A stretch of DNA of 64,000 nt from Antedon mediterranea (lineage: Eukaryota; Animalia; Echinodermata), in NCBI RefSeq assembly GCF_964355755.1, contig NC_092675.1, positions 30,414,912-30,478,911 on the forward strand, in the 5' to 3' direction. The translations under genes and the position numbers were made by a program. Below the pieces are notes generated by a model. The model ran no database searches, was not told where the DNA came from, and saw nothing but the letters and a program-made list of their open reading frames with translations. Shown one piece after another: positions 24,107-38,700 of this stretch. Each line of letters starts with the position of its first letter. The first letter of the stretch is position 1.

Positions 24107-27100
24107 ATGAAATCCTTGACCTCACAATATGGTGCCCAACTCCAACGGTTGACATTTCTAGTTCTAGCAGTGAAGTATCAACATTTGGAGGTTATGCTGG
24201 CTCTCCGGATATAACGGAGGATATAACACTTGGACGGAAGAGCGACACAGGCACTGGGCTACAAGGAAGAGCTGTAATGTGGAGTGATGGTGGACACACA
24301 CTAGATTCTGATGATAATACAATGTTTCCTCCAGGTTCTGGCGTAGTAACAAGAAAAGACAGCGCACGTAGCGCATTAATTGTTGATATCGATGCTGGAT
24401 CAGGTGCTAAAAAAGTTGGTGCTTTTTTCGCGACTGCTACAAAAGAGTCCATATCGCAAGATATATCTATCATCATATTGCCTGAAAATGGTGAGTTGTA
24501 TTTCTTTGAATATGGAACAAAGTATAGATACTGATTTACATCATTGTAGTACAGCTTTATACCTATATAAAGTGCGTCTTATTGAGAGTCCGTATACAAT
24601 TAAAATAAAATCTAGTTAACCGTTAGGCCTAGTTGAAATTTACATGAAACATTTTTTATTTAAAATAATATTAGGCCTAATTCGTTAATTCATTCATTCA
24701 ATCGTTTAATCTGTTAATCGTAATCTCTGGTCAATAGAAAGTAACATTATGTATAAATTAACAAAATTAAACAAACTGTATACTGACTAATTACAATAAT
24801 GCTCTACTATAATAATGGATTGATAATGTAACTATATAGTTTTAACTTTTATTATAATATAATTATATTATGGCAACGAATGATGAAATAACATTTTTCT
24901 GCATCCACCCAACTGTTATGTGATAGTTTGTTTAAAATTGTAGCCAGTGGTTTCCTGACCATGTAACACAATAGTTATTTCAATGAATATTTAATGAATT
25001 TGTATAGCTGAAGTCACTCCACTCCAACGGTCTATCACTGCCAGTATTGGTGACAACGTGACTTTACAAGTCAATACCACAATAAATACGTCCGATTTAA
25101 AATGGAAATTAAACAACGTTGACATATCAGAAGGCAATGGGAAAAATACATTGACTATTAATAATATCAGAACAAGTGATGCTGGAATATACGAATGTTA
25201 TAAAAATAGAAACGGAAAACATGCAATGATGAGATTGATTGTTAGAGGTAAGTTACACTAGGCCTATTTGTGGTGTGTTTGTAATTAAAGGATTTGATTC
25301 AGTTAAAGACTAAACTGTATAAAATGCAATTTCTTTGGAGGGTCCCCATCCGTTCTCGTTCTGTCGCGGTCCCCTACCTAGGTGACCAAACAAAGGAGCA
25401 GGATACACATTTGTCTTGCCACAGACGACTAGGTACTCAGAGACAACAACCAAGACAGAGGCACCCCACAGATAATGCTGGCCAGGAAAAAGTATACTAT
25501 ACAATTCTAAGTCTAGAGCGTAGAGAGTTAAGGAATATTGATCACAAGTTAATACTTTAAAACATGATTAAACAGTCTCTATAGCTTTAAACTAAAACCA
25601 ATAGACGGTGACTTATATAACTAATACAACAATGTAATTTAATTGTAAAACGATAATAGGGGCCTACGCAAATATCTTAGAATACTAATTAACAACTAAA
25701 TACTATTTGGAATCAGCGTTTGTCTCAAGATAACAGAACATGATTCTATAATAATTAATACATAATACAATTAATAACATTTAACTAAGGTTGCCCTACA
25801 AGAAAACATGGAAACAATTGTGATGAAAATTGTCCAGTTTGCTACAATGGAGGAATGTGTGACCACGTGACTGGATTATGTGTATGTCCACCAGGATTTG
25901 AAGGTGTTGATTGCTCACAAGGTAACGTTAAGAATTTTTCTCACTTAACTTTCAATTTTAAATTGCTTTCCTTTTATATATGTTTTCATGAAGTTGGCAA
26001 AGACTGTAATACTCATCTGACTCTTCCTCACACAATATTGAAATGATGTGTCTTTTCTGTTGGTATCATAATTATGTGTATCCATTATATGCACTGATAA
26101 ATTTGTAAACATAAATATGATTAAACTAAATTTGACACATTCATTCTATTATAGATATCTGAAAAAAGGGATTAAATTGTAAAATACTAGTTAAATTCAA
26201 TTTGAGTTATCACAGATTCCTGTAACTACTTTTAGGATGTGGAAACAATCACTGGGGTCGGAAATGCGGCATTTTTTGTACGGGTGGAGGATCATGCTCG
26301 GGAATCTTATTGTGTCCTCCAGATCCTGTTGGATGCTCTTGCAATGCAGGCTATCATGGTGATACATGTGATCAAGGTGAGTATATGTTGAAATTCAAAT
26401 TTTTTATTCTTATTCTTCTTATTTAATAATAACAACTAATAATTATTAACAACACTATAATGTCAGTTGCTTCAATAAAGCTATATTTATTTGTTTATTG
26501 AAACCAGCATGTACAGTTGGCTCTAACTATGGTGCAGGTTGTAATCAGGAATGTCACTGCAGTTCAAACTGTGACAACGCAAGAGGATGTTTAGGTGGAT
26601 CCGGTACATGTAGCAACGGATTTAACGGAGACAAATGTCTTGGTAAGATGTGTATACTTATTTTTATTGCATGAAACAGTTCATGATTAATGTTACTTTG
26701 TGATGTTTAGTAATTTATGCTCATCTATGTTTTATTATTTATTTACGTTAAAAAATTTAAAAAAACAATTCACATTTCATTTTATAATATTATTTATACT
26801 TTTTAAATTTGTTTTATATTCAATTTTACGATAACCACCAATCAAGTGTTAAGCTAGCTACCAGCTTAGTTATTAGATAATACATTGTACTGTATACTTA
26901 TTAATGTATAATGTCTAATGTCGTTATCTTGGTTTTTGTCTTTCAATGATTATTATTGTTTGATTCAATTATTTATTAATTAGTATTTAAGTTCCCGATT
27001 AGAATATAATCTATTATGGTTTATTATAATGGTTCATAATGAAATAATATTTTCGTTAGATCACGTGACATGTCTTGATGGAAAGTTTGGTGAATTTTGT

Positions 27101-28933
27101 CAGTATAGTTGTCATTGTGCCACCTCATCATCATGTAATAAAGATACGGGTTACTGCGATAGTGGAAACTGTGAAGATGGATGGGGTGGCAACGACTGCC
27201 AGATAGGTTGGTAAATTTTCCTATTCATCCACTACAGTATAACACACCTGAGTAGATTATTCTCATTATATTGGAGGATTATAGATCACAAAACATTCAA
27301 TAACTACTCCATTGAACTCTTACGTCATCATGTACGTTTCAAGATTCAAGATTCAAGAAATTTTATTTGTCCATAAAAATGGAAATTCACTTTGCTTGGT
27401 AGATTAAAACAACAATATTGCAACAATTTAAAAACGTGCAGTATTATAACAGATTAAAAATACAAGATAAAAAGTTAAAAATACTGTTAGAAATGTAAAA
27501 CTATTAAAAATGGCATTAACGTCTTACATTAGAATTAAAAATATGAATGCTATTTACAACGAAGGATTTTCTAGTTCTACAAAGATTTGCTCTTGGAGGT
27601 CGTAGCCTAATGCCTGATCTATTTAAGTTATAACAGTAATGTAACGGATGAGTGGGGTCTTTCATAATATTGTTTACTTTTTTTAGAATACTCTTTTCAT
27701 AGATAAATGAACAAGGCGTTAGATCAGCTTTAATAATACGTTGTGCAATTTTACGTGGTCTCTCAATATTTTTCTTATCATTTTCAGTAAAGTTACCATA
27801 AAAACATCCAATGCTAAAAGATAAAATACTTTGAATAATACTTTGATAAAATAGAATTAAAATAGTGTTATCAACTCTAATTTGCTTGAGTTTTCTGAGA
27901 AAGTAGAGCCTTTGAGATGCCTTCTTGGAAATCATGAGAGAGTTTGACTCCCATTTTAATTTGTTGTCAATTATAGTACCTAAGTATTTGTATTGGGTTA
28001 CTCTTTCAACCTCGGTTTCTTTAATAGTTATAACATTATGTTCAACTGCGGTTTTACGAAAATCTATTATCATCTCTTTGGTTTTAGTAATATTAAGTAT
28101 TAAGTTCATATCTTCACACCAATTAACAAATCTTCCAACTTCATTAACAAATTCATTTACATTATGCTTACTATCGCAAAGAAAAGCACTAATTACAGTA
28201 TCGTCAGCGTATTTTACAATATTGCAATCTTTACTTAAAATATTAAAACTACTAGAATAAAAAGAGAACAGAATTGGAGAGATAACACATCCTTGAGGAG
28301 CTCCAACACTGGTAGATTCTTTGTTGGATAGGATACCATTGCACTTAACCATCTGCGGTCTATTAATCAAAAAACTATATATAACTTTGGCGAGCTGAAG
28401 TGAGACATTAAAACTTAATAATCTATCAATTAAAACATGTGGTAAAATAGTATTAAAAGCACTGGAGAAATCAAAAAATATAGACCGTACATAATTACTT
28501 TTTGGTGATGATATGTATCATGGAGATAAGAATTAACAGCATCGTCAACCCCTCTATTTTTCTTGTATGCAAATTGATTCTTATCTGCATTACCAATATT
28601 TTCCTTAAGTCTAGAAACAATCAACTTTTCTAAGCATTTCATTAAATTTGAAGTAATTGCAATTGGTCTAAAATCTTTTGGTACACTAGGTTTATTAACT
28701 TTAGGCAATGGATTTATGATAGAAGTTTTCCATATGCGTGGAACAGTACCATTTCTAAAAATAATATTAAAAATATGAGTAAAAATTGGACATAGTTGGA
28801 TATTGCACGCTTTTAAAATTCTGTTTGAAATCCCATCTGGTCTAGTTGCCTTATTGAGTTTTACACGTGCAAATTCTCTTAAGACCGCGTCTTCATTAAC
28901 AAGAACATTATTATTATCATCATTAACAATATT

Positions 28934-28970
<37 letters not shown>

Positions 28971-31900
28971 TCATTATCTTTAAGATTGTTAAGTTTCTCA
29001 CTGGTAGCCAACATGTCTGTTTCATATTGACCATCATCAAATCTGCAGAAAAATTTGTTTAAGGAGTCCACAAACTTCTTGTCACATTCACCTACGTATT
29101 TTTTCGGTTTTTCTTTGTAGTCAGTGAGCATATACATTGCCTTCCAGGCCGAACGCGTGTCTTTATCCTTTAAATGTTTTTCCATTTTAGCTTTATATTT
29201 TTGTTTTGCTTTTAATATACTAGCATCAATCTCCTTCTGAATTCGCTTCGCTTCATCTTTCTTACCGGCTGCATATTCTTTTTTCTTTTTAACTATGAGA
29301 CATTTCGTTTCATGTAAAAACCATGGCTCGCAATTTGGGTACATTTTTGTCTTCCTTTTAGGTATAATGGTATCAGCACAATAGTTTATGTATGAACAAA
29401 CAGCATTCACTTCAACATCGATAGAATTTTCGGATTCTGAGAAAACACCCCAGTCCGTAGATTCAAAACAACCCTTTAGCATATCAATTGCCTCAGTGCT
29501 CCAGATCTGCCTTTCTTTGATTACAGGCTTCTGTCTTTTTAAGATTGGCTTGTAGAGTGGTCTTAGAATCACGATGTCGTGGTCAGAGTTTTCCAATGGG
29601 GCACATGTTTTAGCATTATAAGCCTTTGGGATGTTTGAATAACACAGATCCAGAATTGCATTTCCTCGTGTTGGTTGCTGTACAAATTGTTTAAACGTAG
29701 GGAGAACAGTGTTCAGGTTACATTGGTTAAAATCTCCCAGAATGATTTTTACAGCGTCTGGGGAATGCGATTCAATATTATTGACCTGCTCAGCAATGTG
29801 TTCACACGCGATAGTATAATTTGCACCTGGGTGAATATATACTATAAAAATAAAAATTTGTGGAAATTCGCGCGGTAAGTAGAAAGGTCTGATCCCAACA
29901 GTAAGTACTTCATAGTCGGGTGTACAGGCTTTCGACCAAACCTTCCAGTTGTTACAAAATTGTTGGTTAATATAAAGACAGACTCCACCACCTGTAGTTT
30001 TACCTGAATTTATGGTTCTATCACTTCTCAGGAATGTGAAATTTTCAAGCTCAATGGCTGAGTCAGCGATTTCATCTTTGAGCCATGTCTCCGTAAAACA
30101 TAGTAATGAAGCTTCTCTATATTCATGGAGAAATCGTATATTAGCTCGCAGTTCGTCCATTTTGTTCATCTTTCACATCATGAAATTATTTGTATCATTG
30201 CACTCATAAACATTTGTATAACATTATTTTACGCCATTTCCGGGTATTTCCCTAATCATAAGTATAGTCAACTGTTTGTACAGCAATTTATTTATTCTGG
30301 ACATCATGAAAAGTCAAACATAATAGACCAACATACAAAGTAAAAGTTATCTACCTTACTCCAAAAAGCCATTTCATTCATAGCAGACACGAGCATGCCA
30401 CTGGATCTATACGGTAGGCCTACTTTGGGTAATGCAACAACGCCTGAGTGAAATTATTATTATAACATGTAGGCCTATAGGGGTAGTTTTAAATTTTCAG
30501 CATACATTATTGCAATATACGCGTTCATTTGGAATTTTTTAAAAGGCAATATTTATTCAATACATACTGTAGATAGTATGTATAGTAATATTATGTGTAA
30601 TATTGTTTGCAGCTTTACCAATTCTGTCATCTGCACCAACTATATCGAATATAATGGATAACTCAATAACAGTAAACTGGCCTGCTTGGGATTATAACAA
30701 CGACTACGGAACCGGACCGATTCAGGAGTACGAAGTGCAGTACAGAAGTTCTATTAACTCAGATTTCATATCAGCAGGATCCGTGAATGGAAGCAAACCT
30801 GCGCCAGAATATGTAATAAATAATCTCAGTCCAGGGACCAATTATGAAATCAAAATAAAAGTAGTTAAAACGGCATCATCTACAGAGACCAATATATTTA
30901 CTTACACTCCTACAGCAGTAGCAAGTACAGATGAGGGTAAGATGCAAATATAACAATGGCAATTGTTCAAAAGTGTTTTACAACAGTTTTACAGAAATGT
31001 CCTAATACACATTTTCAAAATCAGGGTTTATGTGTTTATTTGTTTGAAACTACTAATTAAAATTATTTCTTCTTTATTTTAAAATTTAAAAAAATTAATG
31101 ATGGAAAAGGCAATTGTTTTGAATACCAGGCACTTGCAAATTAAAAAAAAGTGTTCCAGTATTTTTTTACCGTCAAATTATTGCTTAATTATTAATTTAA
31201 TGTTTTAGGTGAAATCCTCGACCTTACAATCTGGTGTCCAACTCCATTTGTTGATATTAGTTCTAATATAGTATCAACATTCGGAGGTTATACTGGCGGT
31301 TCAAATCAAACACAAAATATCTTTCTTGGAAGAGAAAGCGACACAGGTACTGGGTTACAAGGAAGAGCAGTAAAGTGGAGCGATGATAATACAGATGGAG
31401 ACACAACTGTACCACCTTCTGTTACAATGTTCCCCACAGGATCAACAGTAGAAGGATCAACGAAGAGTGGACGTACGGCCCTGGTTGTCGATATCTATGG
31501 TGATTCAGGCCTTCAAAAGGTCGGAGCATTTTTTGCAAACGCTACAAAGGACGGCATATCTCAGCATATACCTTTCATAATACTGCCTAAAACTGGTGAG
31601 ATATAATTACAAAACAAGTTTTAGGTTTGGCTTTTGTCAAGCTACTAACTAATGAGAGAGGTATGCCTTTCCATTATGGTCAGGTTGTAGACTGGCAAAG
31701 TAGCGTTAGAAGAAACACACATGTCCTAACCTGTCCTGTTAAATCTTTAAATCCGCAGGGATTGATTTATAAGCCAGTTCTATTAATTATACATTTCTGC
31801 CCGGCCAACTCGTATCTTCTACTTATACATAGTAGGCCTAATGATGCTAATAATTAAATTAATTTTGTCTTTACATTTTATTCAAGTGGAATGTCTATAT

Positions 31901-34900
31901 TGATAATTTATTCAACAAATCTTCTCGACCTTTATTAATACTATAGAACTGTCCGTACAATTGTTGTTTTTTATTTACATGCAAATCTACTGTTTTAGCT
32001 GACGTCACTCCATACCAACGTTCTATCACTGTCAGTATTGGTGATCACGTGACTTTACAAGTCAGTACCACAATAAATACGTCAGAATTAAAATGGAAAT
32101 TAAACAACGTTGACATACCACAAGGCAATGGTAAAGATACATTGACTATTAACAATATCAGAACAAGTGATGCTGGAATATACGAATGTTACAAAGAAAG
32201 AAACGGAAAAAATGCAATCATGAGATTGATTGTTAGAGGTTGGTCTGCAGTACATATTCTACTAGAGTACTTCTACTGCTACTACATAATTAATAATAAC
32301 GATATTAATTATTATATATTTATTTTACTACTACTGATCTAAGGTTGCCCTACAAGAAAATATGGACCAGTCTGTGATGTAAATTGTCGAGTCTGTTATA
32401 ATGGAGGAATATGTGACCACGTGACTGGATTATGTGTATGTCCAGCAGGATTTAAAGGCGTTGATTGTTCAGAAGGTACCATTTTTAAAATTTTATTGGG
32501 ATGGGGTGAAGGGTTTTGTTAACGATTGAAAAGGAATTCTAAGCATTTTGCTATGGACATATTATTATCATTGATTTCAAATAACCTATTTTATTAACTA
32601 ATTTAAATATTTGAAAATATTTAAATTAGTTAATAACAACATGTAATTTGAAGATAAGCGTATGAAATGTAGACTTACCGACGGCGCACCAGGAAAAATC
32701 TGTAACCTGAAATTACTCTAAATATTCTATAGACGTGGTCATGTAAATAAAAATTAAAATAGTAGTTATTGAAAATTGAAAATACTGTTTTAAATTTGTA
32801 TTTGTTTAGGGTGTGGAAACAATGGGTGGGGTCGGACATGTAGTACTGTTTGCGTTACAGATGGAACATGTTCTGGAGTCATGTTTTGTCCTCCAGATCC
32901 TGTTGGATGCGATTGTATTGCAGGTTTCCAAGGTAGTGATTGTGATGACGGTGAGTTACAATAAATTATAAAGTAAATGACATATTAACTGTTTTGGTTT
33001 TTTTTTGTGATTTCATAGTAGGCCTATTTATATTGTAATATGTAATTACTTATTCTAGAACACCATTACAGGATCACCAAAAATACAATATAAAATGTTA
33101 TTTACTTACAAAATATATAACAAAGTTAAAACTGTACGTTAGACATTAAGAATACAAACATATTTGATTTTATTTACGAATTAGTAGGCCTAACTGAATT
33201 TAAATTCATAGTAACCATCCACTATACTATTAATTTATAATTTTATATAGTATTTTTTAATGATTTTCTTATTTAAAATAGCATGTAGTTCTACAGGGAC
33301 AAACTATGGTGCAGGGTGCAGTCAAGAATGTCATTGTAGTTCAGCTGACTGTGACAAGGAAAGAGGATGTTCAAGTGGAGTTATATGTAGCAATGGATTT
33401 CAAGGAGACAAGTGTCTTGGTACGTAAATGCGATTTCTAATAATTGCATACCCTGCATTAAAAAATGTGAAACACCATAAAACAATGGTTCTTTCAATAA
33501 ATATAAAATAATATTCTTAGGATTAAGGGGCTGTCATAGGCAGATAAATAGAGGGTCGCATCAGTTCTCCCGGTTTTTTTTTTTCAATGAACACATAGCC
33601 TACTTGAGGTTTTCTGGCGCAGGACTTGCCGAGCACTCTTTCTCAAAATCCTGGATTTGCCCGTATCGGCTTCGTTTATCTGAATATCTTTACATTATAT
33701 CATATAATGGCCTACATCGGAGGAAAATTTAAGTAATCGTGAGATTGTTGGTCAATGATTAAATATATAGATATTTTTAAAATAATACAATAATAGATCG
33801 ATATTTAATTACGCCTGATTGATTTGATTTATTTTTATATTTATGAAAAACAAATAAAGACACAAATAATAAAAAAACGCATTAGTATGGAATCAGTGAT
33901 GCGACAAAACCCCCTCTCCCCAAATCCACATTGACATTTTTTCTACACATATTACTTTTCACAGACCATGCGACATGTCCCAATGGACAATTTGGTGAAT
34001 TTTGTCAGTATAGTTGTCATTGTGCGACGTCAGCATCATGTGATAACAATACGGGTTACTGCGATAGTGGAAATTGTGAAGATGGATGGGGTGGCACCGA
34101 TTGTCAGATAGGTTGGTAGTTTATTTTAAATTAATTTCAGAATATATTTCGCTTACATTCGAATTATCTAAGTACATGTCTAAGTTAATAGGCCAAATTA
34201 TGACCGAAATAAATGCCTCGAATTTTCTTTAGTTAGTTTTAAATTATCATTGATAAACTTATTTAATTTTGTATTTTAAAAATATAATATTTCATGTTTG
34301 ACCTTTTTCTAATTACATTACTAATTTTTAAAAAATAATTATTAATTATTAACACCTATAGGGTCTGTTTTTAGCATAAGGAGATTTGAATATCGCAAAC
34401 TCGATGTTTCATTCTTTAACCGTGTTACAACCCATCCACATCAAGGAAATAGATTGTCTTGATTTTATACACGAGTATGTATGTTTTAACCTCCATAGCT
34501 TTACCACAGTTATTCAAGCAAGTTAACATTGCTGACGTCACAGCCACTAATATGACTATCGCTTATGGTTGGATCTTTGGTGAGGATTATGGAACTGGAC
34601 CAGCTTCATCTTATAAAGTTGTATATAAAAGTGAAGAAGAATCAACATTTACAACAATCACAACAACTGATGACGTCTTTACAATTACTGGGTTACCGCC
34701 AAATCGAATAATTGAGGTGAAAGTTCGTGTTTGTAGGAATATCGGCGGACAAGATGTTTGTGGACCAGACAGTAAAGTTGAGACAGAAACAACTATATGT
34801 TCAAGTGAGAACACTCTGTTGGTTTATAAAAAAAACTCTGTATAGTAATAAGATATCAACATAGGAAAGTACCGATATCCATTGATATGTCATTGTATTA

Positions 34901-35747
34901 AAATCCGTAGTAAAAATCCCTCTTTTTCCTTCTTACTTTCTTTCTTCGTTCATTGTATTACAGTAGTTAAAATTGTTTTAAGGAGATAAATAATGAGTAA
35001 CTAGAATAATTATGTTGATTGTAGTGTCGTTATTTATGTAGTTCACACCCCAATAAAAGAAACTGCATTTCTTCATCATTCAGGTCCATTGGTATCTCCA
35101 CGTATTGCAGTTACGGCAGATAGTTGTTCTTCAATAACCATTACATGGCAGGTAGGTGTTTTTCAAATTACTCTTAATAATTAATTTTAGACAATCATAA
35201 AATGTCTTAATTAGCATGATTAATTTACAGTTCCTATCAAAGCTTTAGGCCTATTATAATTTTTTTTTTTTATTTGCAGCAAATAGATAATGATCAAGAG
35301 AAAATACAGTGCAACAGTTTTCATTACGGTGTATATTGTGAGTCAGATTCAGAATCTAGAACTATCACTGTCAGTGATGTTACATCAACTACTACAATTG
35401 ATGGGTTAACAGCGTGCACGTGGTATAGCTGTAAAGTACGAATAGAGAACAACGCTGGATTCAATGGCTCATGGAGTAACACTGAAACAGTTGAAACTCA
35501 CGCGAATGGTAAACTTATTTAAACAAATTTGGTCATTTGGTGTGTTTCCTCATTTCATACTATTTATTAATAACAATAATACCAAATAGCTTTTGTTATT
35601 GCTCAAATTACTTGGTAAGACTTTTGCATCATCTGCAGTCTTGTGCCAAAAATGATGAGCCCGTTTACGTTTACGACAGCAATGACACCAAGCCATTTGA
35701 ATGTCCTGATAACTATAGTATTCTTCCCTCTTTCTTCCCTCTTTCCT

Positions 35748-35779
<32 letters not shown>

Positions 35780-38700
35780 TCCTCTTTCTTTCTTTCTTGG
35801 CATTGTGTAAACAATATATATATTATATAGGTATAAATCCTTAGGATTTAATAAACGGGAAAGTTTTTGTAAAAAAAATATTTGTTGTTTGCGACGATCA
35901 TGAATAATGCGGAACAAAAATTATTCTTATGGATTTGTTCGTACATTTATTTTTATGTATTTCTTAGCTCCGTCCAAAGTTGGTGGGATTACTGATACTT
36001 CAGGGTCAGATTATATTTATTTATCTTGGAATGAAGTGGAAAATGGAAACTGTCCTGTTATGTATAACGTAACTTATCAACTAATACAATTTGATATGTG
36101 TGATAACACTAGTAATGAAGTCATCAATGAAGGTCCAGTTCAAACTGCTTCATACACCTTATCAAATCTGAGTGCGTATTCCCGATATCGAATCCAAGTT
36201 ACTGCGGTGTCTAATGATGTAGCTGGAGCAGTATCAGATGAGCATACAGTACAAACAGAAGAGAGTGGTAGGCAAACAAATATTAGTTTATTAAATAAAT
36301 CATTTTGTTTGACAAATCCAGTAAAGAAATTACTCACGTTCTTTAGCTTTCGCCATCTTGGCTGATGGCTTGATCACAAGTGATCCGGTCCACTGCTACT
36401 TCCTGAAAATCTGTTGTTATTGTTTCTAGGTGAAGTCATACTTTTTGTAGCAATGATGTGAATACGTGCTCGAGAAATACAGCCCCTTCGTCGCGGTTGA
36501 TTGCGTTAGCCCCCCCCCCCCCCTCTTTCTGATTTGGATTGCCTCTCTGAGTCTACGCTTGAATGCTGTCAAGAATTTTGGCCCCCTCCCAATCGATGAT
36601 GTGGTTTTCTTGAGCTGCATGGTCTGTGATGGCGGATTTTTTTTTTTTTCACATCATTGCTACTAAAAAGTATGACGTCACCTAGAAACAATAACAACAT
36701 ATTTCCAGGAAGTAGCCGTGGACCGGATCACTTGTGATCAAGCCATCAGCCAAGATGGCGAAAGCTAAAGAATGTGAGTAATTTCTTTACTGGATTTGTC
36801 AAACAACATGATTTATTTATTATCTACAAGTTCAAAAAAGTTCAAGCTCAAAAAACATTTATTTGTTCAACAATGGCATTATACAGTATAATATATAGAT
36901 GTGTACATAAATGAAAACATTAGTAATAAGCCATCATTTGGGGTCTTCTCTAGAAGAAATCAAGTTTCTTGTCTCGAGAAAGACCCCAGAAACAATACAC
37001 ATACATTTAAACTAATAAAATTTACTACATAAAATAAAAAAAAAAACGATGAAATAAAAATAGATACTTTCAGTGTACTACAATCATAATAATATTAAAA
37101 TTAGTATAAAGAAATAAGATATTTTTTTTAATTTTTACGAAAAGTATTTAGAGATTTAAAATGCTTTAGTTTGTTATCAAGATCATTCCAGATTCGCGGT
37201 CCTGAATGATTGGTGAAGAATTTATATACAACATGGATGAGATACAATAGGCCTACTTATTTAGATCTCTGTTGTAATTTGTAATCTTTGTTCTTATTAA
37301 TCTCAGAAAATAATGTCAGTGTTCATTACACTGTGAGCACTGGTAATTCGTAGTGTGTTTTAATTCTAAAATAATGTTTAAAAAATCCGATCTTGCTTTA
37401 GTTCCAACTGGTGCTCCAACATCTTTAGAAATATCGTCAACTGATTTTGATTATGTGTCATTGTCATGGGATCTGCCAGAATGTGGTCAGAGGAAAGGTG
37501 ATATAAGCTATGACTACAAGTTGTACTATAACGGATCAGAGGCTGTAGAAACAAGAACGTCTTTCACAGAAACTCAAACAATGATTAGAGATCTTGTTCA
37601 ATGTACATCTTATACGTTCGATATAAGTGCACGGACGTCTAAAGGAATCGGACCATCTTCAGTTATTATCGTCACAACTAACCATACGGGTATTTCTAGT
37701 CATTATCTTTGATAATCATTCATGCATGCTTTAAATTGTGTTACACAAAGTTTATGATGGCGTTAGTTAGTAACGATTATATGTTCATTAACGATGATTA
37801 TCTTCTGTATATTACTTAATTCGAGTCATAGTATAGTTTGCTGTTAAGCCAATTCTCAAAAAGTATCATGCAGTATCATCAATCATCATGTAGGCATATA
37901 CGCTGTACAGCATCCCATATGAGATGCAAGTTGAAGAACACACGATACTGCATGCTGTTTATTGTCGGTAGATATGTTACCGGTCGAATATCAACCTTTA
38001 ATCGTGATAGAAAAAATGCAAAACACTTTCATATCTGTAAATGTAGTGTAAACACTATGAACTTTTCTTTCAATGAATTGATCATATTCTATTACTGCAT
38101 TGATTTGTTGGGAGTGGCCAAGACACTGAAACGTCATTCATATCCGACTATGATATCGGCAAGAATGACGATAATCACGTATTGTTCTGGTGGTGTTTTT
38201 TTTCATTCTTAAACCAGTGTAAACAATAGTTAATTATGAGCCTGTTTTTAGTGGTATAGAGAATGAAACTGATTTTTTCAATTTTTAATTCAGTTCCAGA
38301 TCCCGTAGAAGACTACTCGGTGACGTCGACAGATGAGGATATAACTGTTATTTGGGACCGTGTTGAAAATGGAAATTGCTCTGTTGTATATGACGTAATT
38401 TACCGACTCACAAATCGTGATCAATGTCAAGAGTTGGATGAATCTGACTTCATAGACGCCACAAACTTTACCAATAATACATTTTGTAGTTTACATTATT
38501 TGGAGCCTCATTCTACGTATGAGATAGCGATTATACCTTCATCTGCAGAATATACTGGTAACTCTACTGTGATCAATGAAATCACAGCATCAATAGGTAC
38601 GCCAAACCAATGTTCAAATCATTTTATTTTCAGGTTATTTAAAGATGCTTTTTCTAAAACATTAACTCGTTTAGATATTTCACACACATATTCAAATATT

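Noticed and set aside
25294-25560. Small duplicated protein [10 protein letters not shown]... (also 52636-52872)
   Set aside because: It lies within a dispersed repeat tied to the L2-like 3' region; no domain or splice support.
24107-34111. Tie1/Tie2 (TEK) receptor tyrosine kinase ortholog
   Set aside because: The ectodomain is Tie-like but no kinase motifs occur and the cytoplasmic exons are PTP domains. No gene symbol was assigned because orthology cannot be determined here.
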